DNA of 62,664 nucleotides, filler included, from Asterionella formosa (GCA_002256025.1; 6 parts of 6 records of this genome joined end to end with filler, not necessarily neighbours in it); one strand, 5' to 3'. Positions 34,992-47,499 are shown, numbered from the whole stretch's first letter. A program made the numbers and translations. The notes: generated by a model not told the origin, from the sequence alone.

Positions 34992-36456
34992 TAGTCTTCC
35001 CAATATCCTCTCATGTAGTCCTTGAAGGGCTTATTAACTCCTACATCCAACACTTGAAGTCTAGATGTGTAGCCTGGGAGGACGAAATCAATCTCAGTGC
35101 CGCAATTTTTAATTGCATCAACACAACGTCCTACCTTGTGGACAGTAAAATCATCCATAAGAAGGTGAGTAGGCTCACCGCCTTTTCCCAACGCAAATGG
35201 TTGCCAAACTTTTTCGATCCATTGTAAAAATATGTCTGTATCAACCCAAGCTTTGGGTTGACAAGCGTATTTAATACTGACCGGAAAAAGTTGTTGATTG
35301 TTGTCTAGTAATCCCAATTGCCTGGAAATACGTCCATCCCTTGTTCCTGTAAATACAATGAATGGTGGCAACTTCTCACCACTCATTGTCACCCCTAACA
35401 ACACAGTGCAACGATTCGAATTTCCTGTTGTTTGAAGCCCAATGGTCCTTTCGCCTCGGGTTGCCAAAGTCTTTGATCCAAACATGTCAAAATTGATGTT
35501 TGTCTCATCAATATTGACAATGTTTCCAGCAGGAAATTCGAACGCAGCAATTTGATTGTTGACGTAGGAAACAAAATCTTGAATTGTCTCCTGATCCAGC
35601 CTTGTATTTTGGGCGACACGAGTCACACGCCTAATGACAATGTCCTCACGGGCAAGCCAGCGCTTGATCCGTTTTTCAAGTGCCTTCAGCGACACATTTT
35701 CGTTCCCAGGTTGCCTCTTAAGCTCAACACTGAGCATCCTGGTGGTGCAGGCCCTATCTTGAAGCCGCAACTGGTCAAAAAGAGTCTTCAATCCTTCGAA
35801 ATCAGCAGCACTTTTTGGAGAGCGGCCCGGGTGAGCGATTTTTTTCATCAACACCTGCCTCTGAATCACACCTTCTTCCTGCAGAGGAATCTCCGCCACC
35901 TCCGCTGGAACCACAACCATTGCACCATCCAGCATGGACTTCCAGCTCCGGATCTGCTTTGGCTGAACCAAATATGCTCTGGCGGTTGCCTTGATATTGT
36001 TGGGCTTGCTGTATGCTTCCGCAACAATATTTTTCTTTTGCCTGATGCAGAGATATTTTTTCGTTGTCATGCTGATGATTCCGTAGAAAATGATTTGGTT
36101 GGCTAACCTTAATTTCTATCACGATTAGGTTTGTAGAACCTACACAATTTATTACATCGTAGAATCAGGTACAAATTGTATACACTCTAGAAATTTCTGT
36201 TGAAGTCATGACGAAATTTGGGCGCGCCAGTGCTCCAAAAATAGAAATTCAATTGATCCTAGAAGCCGATTGAACCTAAAACAATATATCTTTTAATGTT
36301 GCTATTTATGTTTTAGACTATGGAGAAAACGGTGGTGAAGTTGGTTTTTTCATAAAAGTTTGACAATCAAAAAAGTTCCAATGTCTTGTACTCCCCTCTA
36401 AGTAAAATCAGTCGTGGCTGTGTACATTGAGGGGTACGAGACACCAGGTTTTACGG
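34992..36456 (-). mobile_element. pogo/Tigger-like (Tc1-mariner superfamily, DDE_1) transposon: 5' terminus plus transposase ORF (36070 to contig edge)
   Basis: NIDET...KLPPFIVF.G...KAWVD...LLMDDFTVH...LPGYTSRLQVLDVGVNKPFK, preceded by an HTH-like N-terminus. The minus-strand terminus reads TA|CCGTAAAACCTGGTGTCTCGTACCCCTC, with a TA target site at 36457-36458. Confidence 0.9.
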
Positions 36457-36989
36457 TAGACATAGAGCAATCCTCCTCCAAAATCGGAATTCGTATGTGC
36501 AAAACGTTCTCGTAGACTTAGAGTCTTGCGTAGGTATGTTTTGCTGCATGATTCTCAGTCCGAAAAGACTCCAGGGTAAGTTGCCGTGTCACTACACATA
36601 TTCTGATTGGTGGAATTGAATTTACTTACCTGCTCCAGATTGGCTGAAGTATCCCGGTCTTGTAAAATCATGCCAGCCACACTTAAACCACATGTATTAG
36701 ATGTACCATACCAGCAGGTAAAATCAGTACCGAAACACCAGTAGTAGTTTCATCCTGTCTTCCATCATCATGAACCGAGAATATGTACTACCGGTACACA
36801 GGTACTCTGCTGGTACCATGCTGATCTTTATTAAACAAATATTCAGCAGCGTAGATTCAATATAACGTATAAACACGATCCATGAGCATACATGTTGGCA
36901 TACTCCTGATTTATATATGTGTTTTGGCGTTGAGCAAAATCATGTCTACATACAGCAATGTAGATATAGTATTGACAGTTTCGGTTATA

Positions 36990-39900
36990 TTATAGGTTAT
37001 ATCTGTTGGTTAGAATGGCAGCAGAGTCCGGATGATTTAGTTTGAGAGGAGTAGGATGGCTAGCAAGGGAATCGCCATAGGTGCGGCAGTCGGAGCAGCG
37101 GCATTTCCAAAATATGAAATCTTGACCCAGAGCCATGAGGGTTGGGGACCATGGGTAGCCATAGTTGGACTTAGATGTCCGTTTTTCTGCAGTGAGTAGA
37201 GCTGCAGTGATATTGCGGTCCAGAGATTCACATGCTGCAATGAGCTCTACAAGAGGGAATTTGGCAGAAACCATGTTAGTGAGATTAACTAGGCGGGGGA
37301 AGACATTATGAGATGTTAAGTATCCTTTTACCAGTAAAAAGTAGTTAGCACATTGGGAAGGGTTCCGACAATGGAGATGACGCTGGGTGGGGGCAGTGGG
37401 ATCCGTGGAGGAGTCCTGAAAGAGAGTAGCTTCATCTAGGTCAACATAAATAGCGCGATGATCACTGAATGGGCTCTGTTAGAAACTAAGTATCCTTCCT
37501 TTACGAACAGCAAAGCGGAGTAAGGAGGTCCCAAAGGTGAAGTCAATTTGGTGGCCTTTTGATGATGTGTTGGCTGCAGGTGGAAAATCATTGCTTGCAT
37601 GCAAATCAAAAAGAGAGCATTGATGCATAAAGAGGAGTATTTCAGGGTTGGAAAGAATAAAATTGGCATCCCACATTAAAAGTATTTCATGTTGTTTGCA
37701 TATAAGAGACTTGATAAAGGTAGTGAGTGAGCTTAGCATCGCCTGCTGAGGATGAGGAGAGAGATCATTGCATTGTAGAATGAGGTGTGATTGCTGCTGT
37801 TCATAGGCTGTAAGGGGTCTGGTGTGTTGATTTTGGCAAACTCAGTATGCTGTGCTGATGATGGTGATGCGGCGGTCTTCAAAAGAGCGGAGAGTTTGGT
37901 AGCTCCACCTGCCAACTGGATCACTTTCAGATTCCATCACCTGACCACTGGTGCGTCCAGTGACGAATTGTAGTGTACCGCCAGCCCCCTGTGAGACACA
38001 GCTATTAGGCACTGCATTGGTAGTGTGGGCAGTGGTGAAGCGGCGGTGGGGCCATCAGGTTTGAATAGATCGGGAAATGGAGGAACGGATTGGGTGCTGA
38101 TTGGACCAGTTTATGTTGGTCTCAGAGAGGCCAACAAATGTTGGCTGCAGTGAGGCGAGTTGATTCAAATAAGTAAATCGTTCAAAGTGATCACGGTGAA
38201 AGGTATTGCAGTTTTGGAAGACAACTCGGAGAGTCATTGGGGAAGGATCAGTGAGAGGATGGCCCCAGAACACGTTGTGAAGCACTTTGGAGTGGAGTAT
38301 GTCGAAGTCAGTAGTGATTTGGAAGTGGGAAGAGAAAATTTTTTGTCGTGTTGTGCGCTGTGGTGGCTCCATCTGACCCTGGCAAGGGGCAGAATTGCCA
38401 AGCGAACTAATTGAGCCCATTGTCTCCCCCATCAATCATTGGAGTGGGGTGAGACGACTCTTTGGGGGGAAATTGTGGGGGAGTGGATATGTTGAAGATC
38501 TAGTTGCTTCTTGATGGCGTTAGAGATGGCAGTTCCAAAATCGGGAGAAGAGAGAGTGGAGGCTACCTGGGCCGCAATAAGATGAGACAGTTGGGGGAGG
38601 AGGTCAGTGGTGAAGGCATTGTTCAGATTTGAGGTCACTTTAGCCAGAATATCTGCCTTGTTTGGAATGGAGGCAGATAGCTTGAGTGCAAATGCACTTA
38701 ATTTGGAGTCCATGAGGTCGGAGACTGTAACAGTATCCAATGGGGAGGATCATATGAAGTCAGAGCAGAGGTATTGAGCCTGGAAGATAGGTCGTCTACT
38801 GGGTTTTGAGAAGGGTGATATTGGAGGTCAATTCAAGGAGATGTGGTGCATCGGAGGAGACGTGAGTGGATAGTGTAGTCCCAGATACTGAGGGAGGACC
38901 TGAGTTCCATGGTGAGGGTGAGGATGGGAGCTGGGAATGTGTTGGGGACTGAAATGTGGTGGAACGAGATTGATTGTTGGTACCACGGCCGCCTTTGCTG
39001 GATTTGGAAGTGGGGCGAGATTGAAGAGAGTTTGTTATTGGAGCCAGGAGATCGCGCAGACTGAGTTGGCCGACAGGAGAGTAGCGAAGGAGGGAATCGA
39101 GCTCAGTGGTGGAGCTGGAGACTAATTCATCTAGAGTAACTGTGGTTGTGTGTAAACCAGGGTCGTGCCATGATACATCCGCAGAGGTAAGGGCTGGATA
39201 ATGTTGAAGTAGGGTAGGATAGAGAGTTCCAACCAATGATTCTACGTAGCGTTTGTTCGCAAAGTGTGTACAAAAGTAGACAACTGAAGGATCAAATTTG
39301 TCAGTTTCTACACTTCTGATTAGGTAGTTCTGACCGGGAGAGGGTTCTGGGAGACTGAGTAGTGCGTTTCCAAGAGTATCAAATGAGTCCGGAAGAACAT
39401 GATCGAGGGAGAGCAGGCCGCTAATGCAAACAGCGTCTTCGGCAGTCTGGAATTGTTGTTGCTCTTGGAGTTTGTGGGCATAGGCATAGTCAGTGAGGCT
39501 GATAAAGGTGGGAGACAAAAATACCATAGTGCGTTGGCATGGATAGCGGGATGGGAAACAGTTCTGTTCCTTTGAGGAGATGATTTCCTGAAGGAGGCGG
39601 TGTACTTGGGCTTGAAAAGGAGGAGAGGATGCGACAACAATGGCGGATGCTGATATAGTAGGATATTGTCCTGGGCCATGGATCTTTCGCCAAAAACATA
39701 TGATTGGGAGTTACTCTCCTAGAACCTGTAAGGAGAGAGCCTTAAGTTGAGCCTGGAGGACAGAGCGCTTCATCCTGGCTGATGAATACAAGAACCAGCC
39801 GCAATCAGTGGGGAGGTCGCCGTTGAATTGGTCTAACCATAAAATCCAAGTGGGATGAGACAGAGTGATTGAGTTGAGAAGTATGGATGCAGCATTGCAT

Positions 39901-40820
39901 GTGCGAAGGTGAATCCGGCCTTTTACTATTCGATCATCGAAGTTCCGGCCACCTCGAAGTAAGTATGTAAAGTTGTTCTGGCGAATCAGATGTTGGAGAG
40001 ATTGGGCGGGGGTGGGGTTGGGGTGATCCATGGTGTGATGCTTGGCGGGGTCTCCTGAAACTGGAAGAATCGAGGCATGACAATCATGAAAGAAAATCGT
40101 TGAGAGAAAGGGAAGAAGAGCCGCAGCTATCTCCGCAGACAAATAATTAGTGGGCAGGGGAGCGAGTGATGAGAGGCATCGGAAGTTGGAAGAAAAACCT
40201 GACTTGGTCAAAGCCCACCTCGGAGGGGCGAACGGGTTTAATGGACAGAAGATCGGAAAATACCGAGGAGCAAGAGAGCCATGAGAAAGAGAAGAAGACG
40301 GAGAGAGAGGGGTGGATCAGGAGGCTTTTTTTGGTTGCTGGAGTGTCGAAGGGGATTATTGGAGTGTCTACGGAGGTTGCGGGGTTGGAGGGACGCTTCT
40401 TGGTGTTGTGTTGGGATTCGGGAATGGATGGAGAGTGGGGAATGGGAGGCAAGTGGATGGGAGACGGTGCGGAAGGCGGTAATGGGAAGGATATGGCGTA
40501 TCGCTTAAAATGGGCGCCTAGGTGCGGTTGTCTGGCGCCAACCGATTTGTCGAGCTTTGACTGCGACGCTTTGGGTTTGGGAACAGGAGTGAAGGGGAGA
40601 TCGGCATCCATGGGATCGTCAATAGGGGTGGTGGTGGTCGGCATTGCAGCTGAAGCGCCATGTGGGGGGATGATTGGAGCAGCAACAGCAGCGTAGGGGT
40701 GGCCGTAGGCTGTGTACCGGAGTAAAAGAACTAATGACCGGGATGAATTCCGGAAACTTAATAGCTACGTTGGAAAAAAGTAGCGAGTGATCTATATGTT
40801 CGAGGGTGTACAGTGACACC
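36990..40820 (-). mobile_element. Decayed non-LTR retrotransposon, 5' half: ORF1 (from ATG 40644) and APE endonuclease, frameshifted
   Basis: APE motifs spread across frames: LRVVFQNCN, VGLSETNINW, AYRVCQ, ILLMWDAN, GHQIDFTFGT, SDHRAIYVD. Upstream is a Pro/Ser-rich ORF1 broken into pieces. No RT follows. Confidence 0.8.
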
Positions 40821-41545
40821 CCGGAGTACTAGCGGTACCTGGTACCTGGTACTACCTACTAACAAATACTCGTAGTCAATCTACACATATCTTTGGTGTA
40901 TACCGGTACCAGGAACCTGTATCCATATTTATATTGAAACCCTGGGCCCAACAATACGTATGTATCCACTTTGGTACCTGGTACCAGGTACCAGGTACCG
41001 ATACAAGGCATAATACATCTTCACAATATCATAAAACAAAATTAACTTCGTGTATACTCCTATATACTGTATTTATACAATGTACAGTTATATTGTTTGA
41101 TTACCGGTATATACCGTACCCGGTCTGCATCTTCGGACAGATACTCGCAATATTCGGACTTTCCCGGAACTCCCTGGTATAAACTGTGGTGGTGTAGGTG
41201 CCTGCTGGTAAGCAATATTACTATCATCATCTGTATCAGTTACCGGTATATATCCTCCGGTACCGGTACCTGGTACATCACACATCCATTCAATGTCACT
41301 ACCAGGTACCGGTATACCGGTAGTCTACGGTCGCTTTGTACACGGTCCTAGTTGAGTACTACTAGCACACTAGCTTTCACTAAGGTCATAAAAGGTTGCA
41401 CTGATGGGGATTGAATTTTTTGATGTATAATCTTGGTACCACCCTGGTACGAGGTACCACCATCTCGCCACTCCATCAAGCAACCCAACCGACATTCCAT
41501 TGTTTTTTCGTTTGGACTACCAGTACCAGGTAGTACCTGCAAAGC

Positions 41546-43444
41546 ATGACTTGTAATAAACCCTTCCTCATCCTCGGCTTGCTAGGAGCAGCAGCTATAT
41601 CACGAGCGACCTCTGCCGGAAAGCCAGACGCTGCTCCTCCAATAGACATAACTAACCAATGCCGCCTGTGGCTCGCTCCCTCGACCACGGCAACCGAAAA
41701 CGAGCCAAAGCTTGGTCTGTTCGCAGGTGTTGACTATTTGCCAAACGCCACGGTTGGGAGACCAGAAGTAGCCATTCCATTAGTGGACTTTGTCGAATCC
41801 TGGAATCGTAAGACCGAAGTCGCTGACAACGTGCTAGCCTTTCTTGAAGGCTTTCTTTGGACGGCAGAATATGCCGGCGCCAAGTGGGAAGGTAACCACA
41901 GCGTCACTCTCACAATTCCAGGGCTTGGCGTGTTGGCCAATTTTCATTCGGGAACCTCCAATGTTGATTGGAAACAATCGGCTGTCTTGTTAAGAGAGGA
42001 CTCCGTGTTTGAGGCGGGCAAGGCTCACCCATCACGTGGGGCGATCACAACCTTTTCCAACATCACCATGGTGGCGACGCAAAATATTAAAGCTGGCATG
42101 GAATTGTTTGCGAATTTCGGTGATATCTGGGATGGAAATTACACTGACGACATGTTTCAAGACAAGATCACCAGGTGGGATTATCGCGAAGCCGACAAGG
42201 TCCTAGATGCCATCTTGAGCTTTATGAGCAAGTACGACTCGGAAATGATGCCTGAACTCAAAGACGAAGTCCTTGATTTCATAATGGGCAAGGTATTGGG
42301 CACTGCGGCTGGTGCCCATTCCAAGGTCATTCGTTCCTTGATTCCAGCTCATCCAGGGAAATTACAAACTGTGAAGGATATGGGCGGCACGTTTGCTTAC
42401 CGCAATGCAGATTTGGTCAAGTCTAAAAAGTGGCTGGAAAAGCATGGCACCTGCATGGACAATCTGGAATACAAGCCGTCCACAAATCCTCTTGCAGGTC
42501 GTGGCGCTTTCGCAACTCGTCGCTTGAAGAAAGGGACTGTCATTGCACCAATGCCAATGTTGCACATTTCTGACAAGTCCGTCATGGCGAGGTATGAGTT
42601 ATTAGCAAGGGAGGGTGATAATGGAAATACATATTATGAACATGATCCAACCAAGCCATTGGGCGATCAGCTGGTGATTAATTATTGTTTCGGGCACCCT
42701 GAGTCTTCCATGTTACTTTTGCCAGTCTCTAGTATGGTATCACAAATTAACCATTCGCCCGAACCCAATGCTCGTATCACGTGGGCAAAAAGTAAGCATT
42801 GGGGTAATGACAATGAATGGCATGATGCGACAGTTGAGCGATGCTCGCTAGAACATCGCATTGGAGTGGTCATGGAAGTTTTCGCCGTAAAGGATATCAA
42901 GGAGGGTGACGAAATCACCATTGATTACGGTCCCGAATGGAGCGCGGCATGGAGCGAGCATATGAAGTCATTTGATTCTACAAAAAACTGGCTGCTGAAG
43001 GCCGAGGACTTGAAGAAACTTTACAAAGATCAGCAATACAAAACTGTAGATGAACTGGTAACGGAACCTTACCCTCAAGGTATTGGGACTGCTTGTTTTG
43101 TATTGTCTGAACCCATGACAGACGGCAATCCAAAGGTTGATGTCCAAGGCAACGAACGCAGAATTTGGAATGGGCCTACTGATGACAAGGCTATCACTGG
43201 CCTTGTATTTTCTCGATGCGATGTCATTGGGAGCACTCAGGTCAACAATGACCACTTCTTCAATTACACAGTTTCGATTAGTTCACAAGAAGATAGCTTT
43301 GAAGTGGTGGATGTTCCACACAAGGCTATTACCTTTATTGATACACCATATGCAAGTGATACGTTTTCTCCTAATGCTTTCCGGCATTGGATTGGCATTC
43401 CTGATTTGATTTTCCCTCAGGCTTGGCGTGATCTTAGGGCCTAA
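41546..43444 (+). CDS. Signal-peptide-bearing tandem SET-domain protein (diatom-type putative secretory lysine methyltransferase), 632 aa, intronless
   Basis: Hydrophobic leader FLILGLLGAAAISRATSA. First SET-like unit: CRLWLAPST..KLGLFAG ... LANFH ... ATQNIKAGMELFANFG. Second unit: AGRGAFATRRLKKG ... NYCFGH ... INHSPEPNA ... AVKDIKEGDEITIDYG. Confidence 0.88.
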   Translation: MTCNKPFLILGLLGAAAISRATSAGKPDAAPPIDITNQCRLWLAPSTTATENEPKLGLFAGVDYLPNATVGRPEVAIPLVDFVESWNRKTEVADNVLAFLEGFLWTAEYAGAKWEGNHSVTLTIPGLGVLANFHSGTSNVDWKQSAVLLREDSVFEAGKAHPSRGAITTFSNITMVATQNIKAGMELFANFGDIWDGNYTDDMFQDKITRWDYREADKVLDAILSFMSKYDSEMMPELKDEVLDFIMGKVLGTAAGAHSKVIRSLIPAHPGKLQTVKDMGGTFAYRNADLVKSKKWLEKHGTCMDNLEYKPSTNPLAGRGAFATRRLKKGTVIAPMPMLHISDKSVMARYELLAREGDNGNTYYEHDPTKPLGDQLVINYCFGHPESSMLLLPVSSMVSQINHSPEPNARITWAKSKHWGNDNEWHDATVERCSLEHRIGVVMEVFAVKDIKEGDEITIDYGPEWSAAWSEHMKSFDSTKNWLLKAEDLKKLYKDQQYKTVDELVTEPYPQGIGTACFVLSEPMTDGNPKVDVQGNERRIWNGPTDDKAITGLVFSRCDVIGSTQVNNDHFFNYTVSISSQEDSFEVVDVPHKAITFIDTPYASDTFSPNAFRHWIGIPDLIFPQAWRDLRA

Positions 43445-44499
43445 GGCATGAACTTTGTTTGTATCCCAGTGGGAGCTGTACACTATTGTTTGCGGGGATT
43501 TACAAATTGCAAGGTAGCATCAAGATGAAGCAGAAATAGGCTTGGACCTTGGATTATTGATGTCCAAATAGATATCGGCTCAATTTAAACCTGCACTTCT
43601 TTGATTCTATTCATTCGCAGCAAAGTATAGGTACTGGTACTTTATAGGGTTCTACCTGTCACAGGGCACTATCACCACTTCTACTGTATTGGTGCTGAAT
43701 GAATGCTCCTGGCGTTTGTGGGCTATTTATTTTTCGCTTGATTAGTCCAGATAAGTGGTATAGGGTACTTTTGTGATTATTGAAGGTAGGGGACAGGAGA
43801 GGCATCATTGATATAAATCACTGTACCTTTGAGATATTCTAGCCACTGCCACTCTTATTCACTCTATTTGTCTTTAATGTCCTATAACCTTTTACTCTTG
43901 TAACATACCCCCTTCCAAAATCCTATTGAGTTTGTTAGGTTTGTTAAGTGACTCCCACTACTCTCCTCCTCCTTTGTCCTCTCATCTCATGTGCTATCAT
44001 TCTTTCTTTCGCTACTGGTAATGAGCCCAAGCTATTCCCTTGAAAAAAATTCATTAATCATCAATTGAAGCATTGGCGCCAATTGAAGTCTCTGTTATTC
44101 CGTCCTCCTCTCTGTTGCGTTAATACTGATATATTAATTCTGTACCAACTTAACCACCAATACTACAACACAGTAATCAATTTTATTGTTTGGTGGTGTA
44201 TCTCTTTTAGCAAGAATTATAAGCAGGTTTGAGGCAACGGACAGTTCCAACGAGCAAATGATGATACAGATTCCAATTTTCCAGCAGCAAACCACAATGA
44301 TGAGTGACACCCGTCCATCTATTGATGATGATATGGATACCGGGTTTTCCAGCAGCAAACAACAATGATGAGGGCCACTCGTCCCTCATTTGATGGTAAC
44401 AAAGATGCAGGAAAATTCAACAGTGAATACAAAAACAACATGTCAAATGCAGAAACGAACAATGTGAAATATATTTCGTAATCAGAATCATTCTAAAAC

Positions 44500-45030
44500 T
44501 ATAACTATATGGACAGGCTCTTACATTTTCGTATCTCCTTCTATGCTGAATCTCAATTGTAGATGTAGTATGTTAGAATTAGAAATGTCAATGAGAACAA
44601 GTAGAATGTGTTTGTTTACGAGTTGATTGGCAAGATTGTAATGCTGCTTGATGGAACGGATTTACTATGTGCACTGTGTGCTGAACTATTCCGATTTCAT
44701 ATGATTTCTTCTCTGTCAACTCTTCATTGAATGATTATGATCATAAGGTTGAAGACGTTATTGCAGACAATCATTCCACTCATCATCGTGAGTATTTCGT
44801 CGTTGTTGCAAAAATTGGAGTGAGGACTGATGAAGATGAGTCAAAGTACATTACTTTAGTTGGTAAATCATCCTACCAAGAAATTTAAATACAAGAATCT
44901 AATAGAAACAATACATATAATAATTAAATATACATAGTCAAAAGGGTTACTATTTAATTTACAAGGGCATTTATCAAAATTATTAGATGATATATCGAAA
45001 AAATATGATCCGATGATCATAATCCTATGA
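44500..45030. repeat. AT-rich dispersed repeat, inverted homologue of ~57340-57930
   Basis: 44796-45030 (accaagaaatttaaat...gaaacaatacatataataattaaat...atagtcaaaagggttactattt...gggcatttatcaaaattattagatgatat) matches the reverse complement of 57341-57580. Weaker similarity links 44530-44580 to 57860-57905. Confidence 0.85.
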
Positions 45031-45039
45031 TGCATTATT

Positions 45040-45700
45040 AGATGAAATGTCAGAGTTGGATTGGGAAGTATCACCAGCCTTCTTAAGTATGAGTTCCAGA
45101 TGTAGTAAGGTGAATTCGGAGGAGGAGACATTCCCATAACCAACTACCAGCTGATGCTCATGGATCCAATCCCTAAATGCATATAGCCATGATTGTTTAC
45201 CCGCTGATATCTTGTAGCTGGTGTAAAACATGACAAAATGGTGTTGTCATCCAAGGGTCCTAGGCTTGTTGCCATATCAATGTCTTCTCCAATCAGGCGG
45301 TTTGCCTGTTGTTGTGTCAACTGTAATATGCCTGTAAGTGTAGCTTGAAAAGCTTCATGTTCAGGAGGATATCCATCCTGCTCCAGTTCTTCAAGTGCCA
45401 CCATGATGGTGAGGTCCGGTATAGGCTGAGCATCTTTTCGAGATTGATTCCTTCAACAAAGGTGCCAGGCATTCCTGGTCTGAATTCTCCTTTTGTTAAT
45501 GGCAGTAAGTGTTGGTAAGAATACCAATCGGTGCGTTCAAGCCTTGATGCAGCATATGACTCTCTTGTGACTAAAGTAAGGTTTGATGCTGTTGTTGTGA
45601 GTGCACCATTCAGGTGATTGGAAAATGGATGATGTGATTAAACAGGGTGTCAAAGGCAATGTCGAATCAAGTAAACAAGCGATTGGGTCTGATAAACGAT
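45040..45700 (-). pseudogene. Possible 5' remnant of an LTR retrotransposon (gag N-terminus), frameshifted
   Basis: ORF 45404-45144 (EAFQATLTGILQLTQQQANRLIGEDID...) continues in another frame as WLYAFRDWI, resembling diatom Copia gag starts. A PBS-like ACA-TCGTTTATCAGACCC lies on the minus strand near 45685-45703. No diagnostic catalytic motif. Confidence 0.3.
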
Positions 45701-46119
45701 GTTGTTCCCGTAACGTCCGAAATTAGGACTTGATCGAACTGTCGGATAGACAAAATAGAAAACAAGCAATCAGTAAACAGAAGTGTGCTTAAAATAGAAA
45801 TTATGAAGCAAAATTAAGCACAACCCTGTTTCATCAATATTCGTCATTATCCGTTGGATTACATTATGTACATATAGCTAATGATTGAATACATATTTTA
45901 GGTGTATACCGGTAGTCAAGACACTGCTCATAACGGCTCGTCGTATCGCTAAGATAGTCAAGAATAAAACAATAATGACATCCTTCTCGAGCTGTTTCGT
46001 CCAACGACCTGTGGCTCTGAAAAGTGACGGCCGTTTTTTTTTCATCACAGCTTCAGTCGTGTCTCTTCTGATGTATGCTTTCATAACGTCTCCTCGAACC
46101 GAGCAGCGAAAAAGCCTTC

Positions 46120-46706
46120 ATGAGTGCCGACGAATCCCCTAAGCCTCCAGTTCCACCTTTCACCTACGAAGACGCCGTTGCGAAGGTTCGCATGGCAGAG
46201 GATGCCTGGAACTCCCGTGATCCTCACAAGGTGAGTGGATCAGTGTCGTAATGTAAATACAGGCGATATTATTGCCGCGCTGGTCAGTATTCGCTTTTTC
46301 CGGGCAAGACATACTTACTCTACCTTCGTGGCAGGTTAGAATGGCATACTCTACGGACACAATCTGGAGAAACCGCTCTACTTTTCTAAGTGGTCGCGAT
46401 GAAGTTTCCGATTTTCTGAAGGACAAGTGGGCGCGAGAATTAGACTATCGTCTCATCAAAGAAATTTGGGCTCACTCGGACAAGAGGATTGCTGTTAGGT
46501 TTTGTTATGAATATCACAACGCGGATGGAGAATGGTTCCGGGCTTACGGCAACGAAAATTGGGAGTTTCATCCAGATGGTCGCATGGCAGTACGCCATGC
46601 TAGTATCAATGATATGGCCATCAACGAAAAGGACCGCAAGTTCTTCTGGGATCAGACTGGGCCACGTCCTGGAGATCATCCCGGATTGACAGAATTAGGG
46701 TTATGA
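46120..46706 (+). CDS. DUF1348 / SnoaL-like (NTF2-fold) protein, 160 aa; exons 46120-46230, 46335-46706
   Basis: [38 protein letters not shown]....[16 protein letters not shown]...RIAVRF.YE...[22 protein letters not shown]. Donor GTGAGT at 46231 and acceptor CAG at 46334, phase 0. Confidence 0.92.
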
Positions 46707-47499
46707 CCAACGACCCGAGAGAAGTGTAATTGGTAATGGATTTGCTAGAAATGGATGAGCAAACTAATAAATTTGTTGTTTGATATGTTTTCTTCGCAGA
46801 CAATCAGACTATTTGCATGCAATGAGGAGTTGATACATATGCTCCCTGACGTGGTTGAGATTTCTCCTTCCTGGTTTAACTTTGCATATTAAAAGCCTGT
46901 TCTTATTATGTCATGTCAAGGAAGCTACAAAATGCTTGGAGAAGTTAAAGCTGGGGGATGGGTTCATGTATCATATCATACAAATCAGATTACATGGTAA
47001 CTTGTACTCATGCATTCCTGGAGTAGAGTCCATGCCCTAGATGTTTGTTTTGAGATGGCGGAGTTGACAATCAAGCATCGTTGTTGTTTTGGTGCATTCT
47101 TTTGCGAAGGATCTATTATAGGTCAGGAACTAACAACCCTGAAACACTGCAAATAAAATGTTTGGAATTGCGGAATTTCGTTGGAGTCAACTGGAAGGTC
47201 TTAGGTATTGTCTCTACAACCTGGTAGGACATAAGTCAATGGAAGGAAAAATGAATTTGTTTGAAATATTTAAATCTGTATTAAGGGGCATGCAATCATG
47301 AAGATTCCCTCATAGTGTTAACATATATATTCCAACTTGTGCAGCTGACCACAGGACTCAGTATAAATAGAAACACAATTCACCTACAAAAATTTGGTCA
47401 ACATAAAAACAATTCTTTACATTTAGAAATAGCAGTACAATATATATATATATATTAATATTTCTATTCATGCAGGAAGAGAAAGAGGATGACGCCGAC

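Noticed and set aside
40166..40696. 176-aa Gly-rich plus-strand ORF
   Set aside because: Antisense to the Pro-rich LINE ORF1; explained by composition.
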